NCBI GenBank assembly: GCA_040905465.1
Contig: JBBDRK010000057.1
Location: 57,780-91,407, forward strand
Source of the DNA: Trueperaceae bacterium
GTDB taxonomy: Bacteria > Deinococcota > Deinococci > Deinococcales > Trueperaceae
Length of the DNA stretch: 33,628 bases
Reading direction: 5' to 3'
Shown here: positions 29,177-33,628 of the stretch, piece after piece
How positions within the stretch are numbered: position 1 is the stretch's first letter
Layout of the letters: every line of letters starts with the position of its first letter
The notes under the pieces: model-generated
The model's database searches: none
What the model was told of the DNA's origin: nothing
What the model saw: only the letters and a program-made list of their open reading frames with translations
Made by a program: the position numbers and the translations under genes

Positions 29177-29511
29177 ATACCGCGGGAGCCGTTCCGGTTT
29201 TGCTCATCGACGACGCCGCCCGGGACCTGGACGAGCTCTACGCCTCCCTGCATCTCCACGGCGCCGACGGCGGCGCCGAGCGCCTTCTCGACTTGCTGGA
29301 GCGTGCCGTTCTCAATAGATCCGAACTTCCCGATCGAGGAGCGACGCCACCGGAGTTGCTGGCCCTCGGTGTTCGCGAGTTTCAGGAGATCCGTGCGGAT
29401 CGGTACCGGATCGTCTACCGGGTCGTGGGCCAGAGCGTATGCATCCTGATGATCGCCGACAGCAGGCGCGACCTGCAGCCTCTGCTGCAGCGGAGGCTCC
29501 TGGAGGCCTGA
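29173..29511 (+). CDS. RelE/ParE family toxin
   Basis: 'AARDLDEL', 'PDRGATPPEL', 'YRIVYRV', 'ADSRRDLQPLL.RRLL'. GTGA overlap with the antitoxin gene. Confidence 0.88.
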   Translation: MNTAGAVPVLLIDDAARDLDELYASLHLHGADGGAERLLDLLERAVLNRSELPDRGATPPELLALGVREFQEIRADRYRIVYRVVGQSVCILMIADSRRDLQPLLQRRLLEA

Positions 29512-29605
29512 GCGCGGGCGGGGTCTCGCGCAGCTGGCGGGTGCACGGGCGCGGCCCCGTCATCTCGCGGGGGCGCGAGCCCGACTCGATTCGAAAGCGT
29601 GTCGG

Positions 29606-31258
29606 CTAGTGCTCACCGGCGTGGAGCCTGTTTGCGCCGTGCAGCAGTGGGAGCAGCGTGACGACCACGGTGAGGAGCAGCAGACTGGCAAGGATGAGAA
29701 GACCTTCGCCACTCCCCCAATAGCCGCTCACATCCGGGAAGCGGATTGCTGTCCATGCTGGTCGGATGAGCAGCACCGCGACGGCGGCGGCATAGCCGAT
29801 GGCCAGAGTCATGAACCCGATAGCTCCGGGCGTCATCACCAGCTCGTTGGGGTTGGTGCTGTCGAACTTGGGATGGGCAGCTCCGACTCCTACCGCCAGG
29901 CCGGTCGTTGCAACCGCGCTGCTGGCGGCGGCGAGCGGGACCGCGACGGCCAGGATCGGGCTGAGGTCCAGGACGAAACGCGCTGCCAGTCCCAGTCCGA
30001 GGCCGAGAGCCAGCATGACAGGCAGGATGAAAAGGAACTTGGCGGCCACCAGGTCGCGCTGACGTACCGGATTGACTCGGCTGAGCCAGTAACTCCGGCC
30101 TTCCAGGGACACGCTCGGATAGGCCATGCGTAGTGCTACCCCGGCCAGCATGAACCCCACGAAACCGATGTTCACCGCTCCGATCACGTCCCGCGCCTGC
30201 TGATTGGGTAAAGGGATGGCCGCCAGGCTCACGAAGTACACCGCCGCCAGCGCAAACAGCACGAGCACCTGGCTCCACTGCTGCACGTCGCGGCTGAACG
30301 AACGGCCGTCCTTGACCAGGCAGGCGCCTATCGAACCGAACCAGGAAAGCAACGCCCGCTCCCACAACGGTTGGGCCGGGGCGACCATGCGCGGTGCCGG
30401 AGCGCTGTCCAAGCTCCGGACCCAGCCTCGGGCGTAGGCGAAGTGCGCCAGAATCCCGGTGAGTGTGAGGCCCGCCGCCCCGGTGAGCAGGAGCGCCACG
30501 AGGCTCGGGTGAAGTTCGCCTGTGAGGGCGGCCCAACTGCTGCTGGTGGCCCAGGCCGGTGGCAGCCAACCTATCTCGATGCGGGTGAACGCCGCCAGTG
30601 TCGCCTCGAACTCCTGCGGTCCCAGTGCGTTAATGGTCGCCAGCTTCTCGGGCCGAAGCAATCTGAATCCGAATACTGCGGCCGCCGCCGCAACGATGCT
30701 GGCCGCGGTCGCTACCTCGCGTACCCGTCCTGCCGGAGAAACCCGCACCAGGACGAGTGCCAGCAACGCACCGAAGGTCACCGGCAACGCGAACAGGCTG
30801 ACGGTCGCGGCGATACTCACCGGATAGAAGAGCACGTTCGCGTCCATGGCGTGTCCCACGGCTACCAGAACGGGCAGGGTGAAAAGAAGCGGTAGCGCGG
30901 CGGCGTTGACGAACAGCTCGGCGGTCTTCATGGTGAACACACGTGCACTCGATACCGGTTGGCCGAGAAGGAGCTCGAGATCGTCGCTTCCGTAGAGAAT
31001 TCCGATGCTGGCAATGAGAACGCTGAACAGCACCGCGGCCATGAGCATGAGGAACAGTGCTTCCAGCGACCTTTGAATCACCGCAGGAGCGATCGAACCG
31101 ATGAGCGGGTAGTCGAGCAGCCAATGGACGCCTGTTGCGACGAGCCTGTAGCCGCCGTACATGGCGCCGGCGAGCAGGGCCGTTGCGGTGAGCAGCCACC
31201 GCGGCCTGGCTGCGAGCGACCGGACGGCGCCGCGGAGGCGCAGCGTGGCGAGCGTCAA
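29606..31258 (-). CDS. Putative ABC exporter permease subunit
   Basis: Multi-TM protein with 'SDDLELLL..PV', 'KDGRSFSRD..QW', 'YPSVSLEG..YW'. The TTG start at 31258 overlaps the ATPase stop (TTGA). Confidence 0.8.
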   Translation of the reverse strand: MTLATLRLRGAVRSLAARPRWLLTATALLAGAMYGGYRLVATGVHWLLDYPLIGSIAPAVIQRSLEALFLMLMAAVLFSVLIASIGILYGSDDLELLLGQPVSSARVFTMKTAELFVNAAALPLLFTLPVLVAVGHAMDANVLFYPVSIAATVSLFALPVTFGALLALVLVRVSPAGRVREVATAASIVAAAAAVFGFRLLRPEKLATINALGPQEFEATLAAFTRIEIGWLPPAWATSSSWAALTGELHPSLVALLLTGAAGLTLTGILAHFAYARGWVRSLDSAPAPRMVAPAQPLWERALLSWFGSIGACLVKDGRSFSRDVQQWSQVLVLFALAAVYFVSLAAIPLPNQQARDVIGAVNIGFVGFMLAGVALRMAYPSVSLEGRSYWLSRVNPVRQRDLVAAKFLFILPVMLALGLGLGLAARFVLDLSPILAVAVPLAAASSAVATTGLAVGVGAAHPKFDSTNPNELVMTPGAIGFMTLAIGYAAAVAVLLIRPAWTAIRFPDVSGYWGSGEGLLILASLLLLTVVVTLLPLLHGANRLHAGEH

Positions 31259-32001
31259 GGCGGTTCGCCAGACGTCGCCGCATCGTCGGGACCGGTCAGG
31301 TGGATGAAGAGGTCCTCGAGGTTCGCGTCGTCGCGCCGCGTCTGCAGCCGAAGCTCGTCCATGGTGCCGAGCGCGATCAGGCGCCCGTTGTTCACCAGGG
31401 CGATGCGGTCGGCCACCTCCTCCGCCACGCTGAGGGTGTGGGTTGTGAGAACCACGGTACGGCCGCCGCCGGCGAGCTCGCGAAAGAGTCGCTTGACCTC
31501 CCGATGACCGTGAACATCGAGGCCAACCATCGGCTCGTCGGTGATGAGCAGGCCCGGCTTGCCGACGAGCGCCGCGCAAAAGGCGAGGCGCTGCCTCATG
31601 CCGTGCGAGTAGCTTTCGGTGAGGTTGTCGGCGTAGCGGTCGATCCGGAACCGTTCCAGCAACTGCGAGATCTCGGCGTCCGCCTCGGAGACTCTCCGGA
31701 CACCGGCGATGTAACGCAGTAGTTCGCGGGCGCTCACCTTCGGGTAGAACCAGGCACGGTCCGGAACGAAACCTATCGCGCGTTTCGCCGCCAGGGGGTT
31801 TCGCCTGGTGTCGTGGCCGGCCACGGTTATGTAGCCGCTATTGGGCGTGGCGAGCCCGACGGCGCAACGGATGGTGGTCGTCTTCCCCGCTCCGTTGGGC
31901 CCGAGCAGAGCCAGAACCTCACCGGGACGCGCTGCCAGCGTGAGGTCGTCGATTGCCGTGTGGCGGCCGTAGCGTTTGGTGAGGTTGCTGATCTCGAGCA
32001 C
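31255..32001 (-). CDS. ABC transporter ATP-binding protein
   Basis: 'GPNGAGKTT', signature 'YSHGMRQR', Walker B 'ITDEP', 'TTH'. GTG 32001 is the inferred start. Confidence 0.92.
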   Translation of the reverse strand: MLEISNLTKRYGRHTAIDDLTLAARPGEVLALLGPNGAGKTTTIRCAVGLATPNSGYITVAGHDTRRNPLAAKRAIGFVPDRAWFYPKVSARELLRYIAGVRRVSEADAEISQLLERFRIDRYADNLTESYSHGMRQRLAFCAALVGKPGLLITDEPMVGLDVHGHREVKRLFRELAGGGRTVVLTTHTLSVAEEVADRIALVNNGRLIALGTMDELRLQTRRDDANLEDLFIHLTGPDDAATSGEPP

Positions 32002-32155
32002 GATGAACTCAGGGTTGAAAACTATCTGGTTGTATCGTTTCGCGCGGCGCGCCGTGGCGTAATTGTTCGCGTTTGGCGAGCCAGGGCTGCGCCTGCAACG
32101 CGCTGGACCTGCCCAGTTACCGCGCTCGACCACCTGAGCCGAGGGCGGCGCCAGG

Positions 32156-32587
32156 TCAGGCTGGAACGTTCAGCCGGGTGAGACGCACCTCGAGCTCGCG
32201 AATCTCCTTCTTGAGTGTGTTGACCGCGTTCGCCTCGCTCAGCAGACTGACGAGATGCTGGTTGAGACTGACGCCCTCTCGCTCGGCGCCGTCCACCAGT
32301 CTCCTATGCAGTGAGCGGGGCATTCGCAGAAGCACTCGCCCGCCAAACCCCTCGTCGATAAGCGGGCGAGGGATGTCGTCCCCGTGATCGAAAGCCACCT
32401 CCAGCCACAACCGGCGCGCTTCCTCGATGGTCTCGAGTGCCTCCGCAACGGTCTCCCCCTGAGCGACGCAGCCGGGCAGATCTCTGATCTCTACCGTAAA
32501 GCCGCCCTCGGGCTCCGGGTAGATGGTCACCGGATAGGACAGCTTCAGGTACTCTTCCAAGGACATTGGATCACTCTTTCCGGCCAT
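32156..32587 (-). CDS. hicB: HicB family antitoxin with a C-terminal ribbon-helix-helix domain
   Basis: 'DLPGCVAQGETVAEAL', 'IPRP', 'GRVLLRMPRSLHRRL..AEREGVSLNQ'. Confidence 0.92.
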   Translation of the reverse strand: MAGKSDPMSLEEYLKLSYPVTIYPEPEGGFTVEIRDLPGCVAQGETVAEALETIEEARRLWLEVAFDHGDDIPRPLIDEGFGGRVLLRMPRSLHRRLVDGAEREGVSLNQHLVSLLSEANAVNTLKKEIRELEVRLTRLNVPA

Positions 32588-32821
32588 ATCCCGCTTCCTC
32601 CAACAGCTTCACGATCTTCCTCACGTATGTTCTCTTCACCTTGCGACCCCGGACGGTCGGAACTGTCTGCATATCCCCATTCGCATGCCGAAAGACATAA
32701 ACATGTTTGCCGCCCCGATGCTCTACGTAGCCTAGCCACTCCAGAATTCTGCGAATATCCTCGACCCGTACCTCAGGCGGTTCTCGTAGAGCCGCTCGAT
32801 GAGCTTTTCGAGACGAGTCAA
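32571..32821 (-). pseudogene. hicA: HicA family toxin, apparently frameshifted by a 1-nt loss near 32790
   Basis: TTG 32821 gives MTRLEKLIERL, while the body 'LREPPEVRVEDIRRILEWLGY...GGKHVYVFRH...TVP..VKRTYVRK' is in another frame. The span is 251 nt, one base short of 84 codons. Confidence 0.7.
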
Positions 32822-32836
32822 TCGTAAGCCAAGCAA

Positions 32837-32866
32837 GTGATAGCACATGTAGTATCACCCGTGCAA
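32837..32866 (-). promoter_or_regulatory. hicAB promoter with operator palindrome
   Basis: GTGATA-N10-TATCAC inverted repeat (32837-32858) with a TTGCAC -35-like box at 32866-32861. Confidence 0.6.
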
Positions 32867-33158
32867 GAGCAACCGGCTGCTTCGACCTCCGGGCGGCACA
32901 CCCTGGGGGCCGAGACAGTCAAAACTTTCACGCCAGCTCTAGGCACCAGATTTGGGCACCAAATTTTGGGTACCAGGGCTCGATGCTTGACTCTCAAGCC
33001 ACTGAACACTTGCCCATTCTCGCGGTATCGGTAAGTCGTCCGCATTGGCGATTTGCCTATCGTCAGGCGGCAATACCATGAAATACCTGCATCTAGCCCC
33101 GGATTTTCATGGTATACGAGCAAATATCAGCTCCAGTTGGGCACCTGCCGGGCGCCCC

Positions 33159-33196
33159 AAAAAAAGTCGAGCAGGGCCAGTTTCCTGACCCTGCTC
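33159..33196 (-). terminator. Intrinsic terminator of tmRNA
   Basis: GAGCAGGGTCAG-GAAA-CTGGCCCTGCTC hairpin followed by GAC and a T7 tract. Confidence 0.8.
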
Positions 33197-33199
33197 ATG

Positions 33200-33559
33200 T
33201 GGTGGAGGCGGCGGGAGTCGAACCCGCGTCCGGAACCCACTCAGACCGGCGTCTACGCGTGTAGTCCTCGATCGATTGTCGGCAAGGGGCGGGCTCGAGA
33301 ACAGGCCTTTACCCCAAGCTTACGCGCCTTTGGGTTTCGCCGCGGCCCGACGCTAGGAGCTTGCGGCTATCTCGTTTTAGGTCGTCAGATCCGGCGAGCC
33401 ACGAGCGGGGCTTCCGGGCGACGTCTGCTGCAATTAAGCAGCGAGAGCGTAGTTGTTCTGGTTGCCAGTTAAGGCGTTTGCAGTTTGTTGACGCGGCCAA
33501 CTGCACCCGCGACGCGCAACCTGATCCTCGATGAACCCCGTCGAAACCGAGTCGCCCCC
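33200..33559 (-). ncRNA. ssrA: tmRNA
   Basis: 5' GGGGGCGACTCGGTTTCGACGGGG, 3' GCGGGTTCGACTCCCGCCGCCTCCACCA, and an internal tag frame GNQNNYALAA* at 33466-33434. Confidence 0.97.
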
Positions 33560-33628
33560 AAGGAGTTAGGCTGTCCCCGACGAAACCTACGCTATTCCGC
33601 CAGGAACGACATTCTAGCATGTTGGCGG

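Larger units (their letters stand above)
28824..29583. repeat. Inverted repeats enclosing the TA pair (arms 28824-28853 and 29556-29583)
   Basis: Perfect 15-bp core CCGCGAGATGACGGG (28839-28853) / CCCGTCATCTCGCGG (29556-29570), extendable outward with bulges. Confidence 0.8.

Noticed and set aside
31259-31579. Long N-terminal extension of the permease ORF, and similar extensions for purD, MBL and pncB
   Set aside because: Arg/Pro/Gly-rich read-through into upstream genes or spacers. Overlapping start/stop codons or SD sites give better starts.
33053-33620. ORFs 33053..33472 (+) and 33309..33620 (-)
   Set aside because: Both overlap tmRNA and have no protein-family features.

Overview
High-GC bacterial chromosomal segment, most likely Deinococcota, possibly Truepera-like. 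This is inferred from the tmRNA tag GNQNNYALAA, the split PRODH/P5CDH genes and several leaderless-type -10 boxes. Core genes: GNAT acetyltransferase, histidine phosphatase, proline catabolism pair, a very large poly-HAMP/GAF histidine kinase, a niacin-salvage cluster (NiaP-like MFS, pncB, nadE), a tRNA Asp-Phe-Thr operon, dxs, a SIS-domain gene, an ABC-F/FAH/MBL/purN/purD run, a MalK-type ATPase, an ABC exporter pair and tmRNA. There are three accessory patches. (i) An approximately 4 kb island between nadE and the 3' end of tRNA-Thr carries an HTH antitoxin with a truncated PIN toxin, an internally inverted IS1182-like relic, a HEPN-CBS fusion gene, a methyltransferase, a lipoprotein and a pilin-like gene. 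(ii) A phd-relE/parE toxin-antitoxin pair is enclosed by long inverted repeats. (iii) A hicAB locus with a frameshifted hicA and att-like repeats lies just downstream of tmRNA. The best novelty candidates are the HEPN(RNxxxH)-CBS protein as a putative nucleotide-gated RNase, the inverted-repeat-enclosed TA transcript and the chimeric poly-HAMP kinase. All family calls come from motif recognition by eye. No database searches were run.
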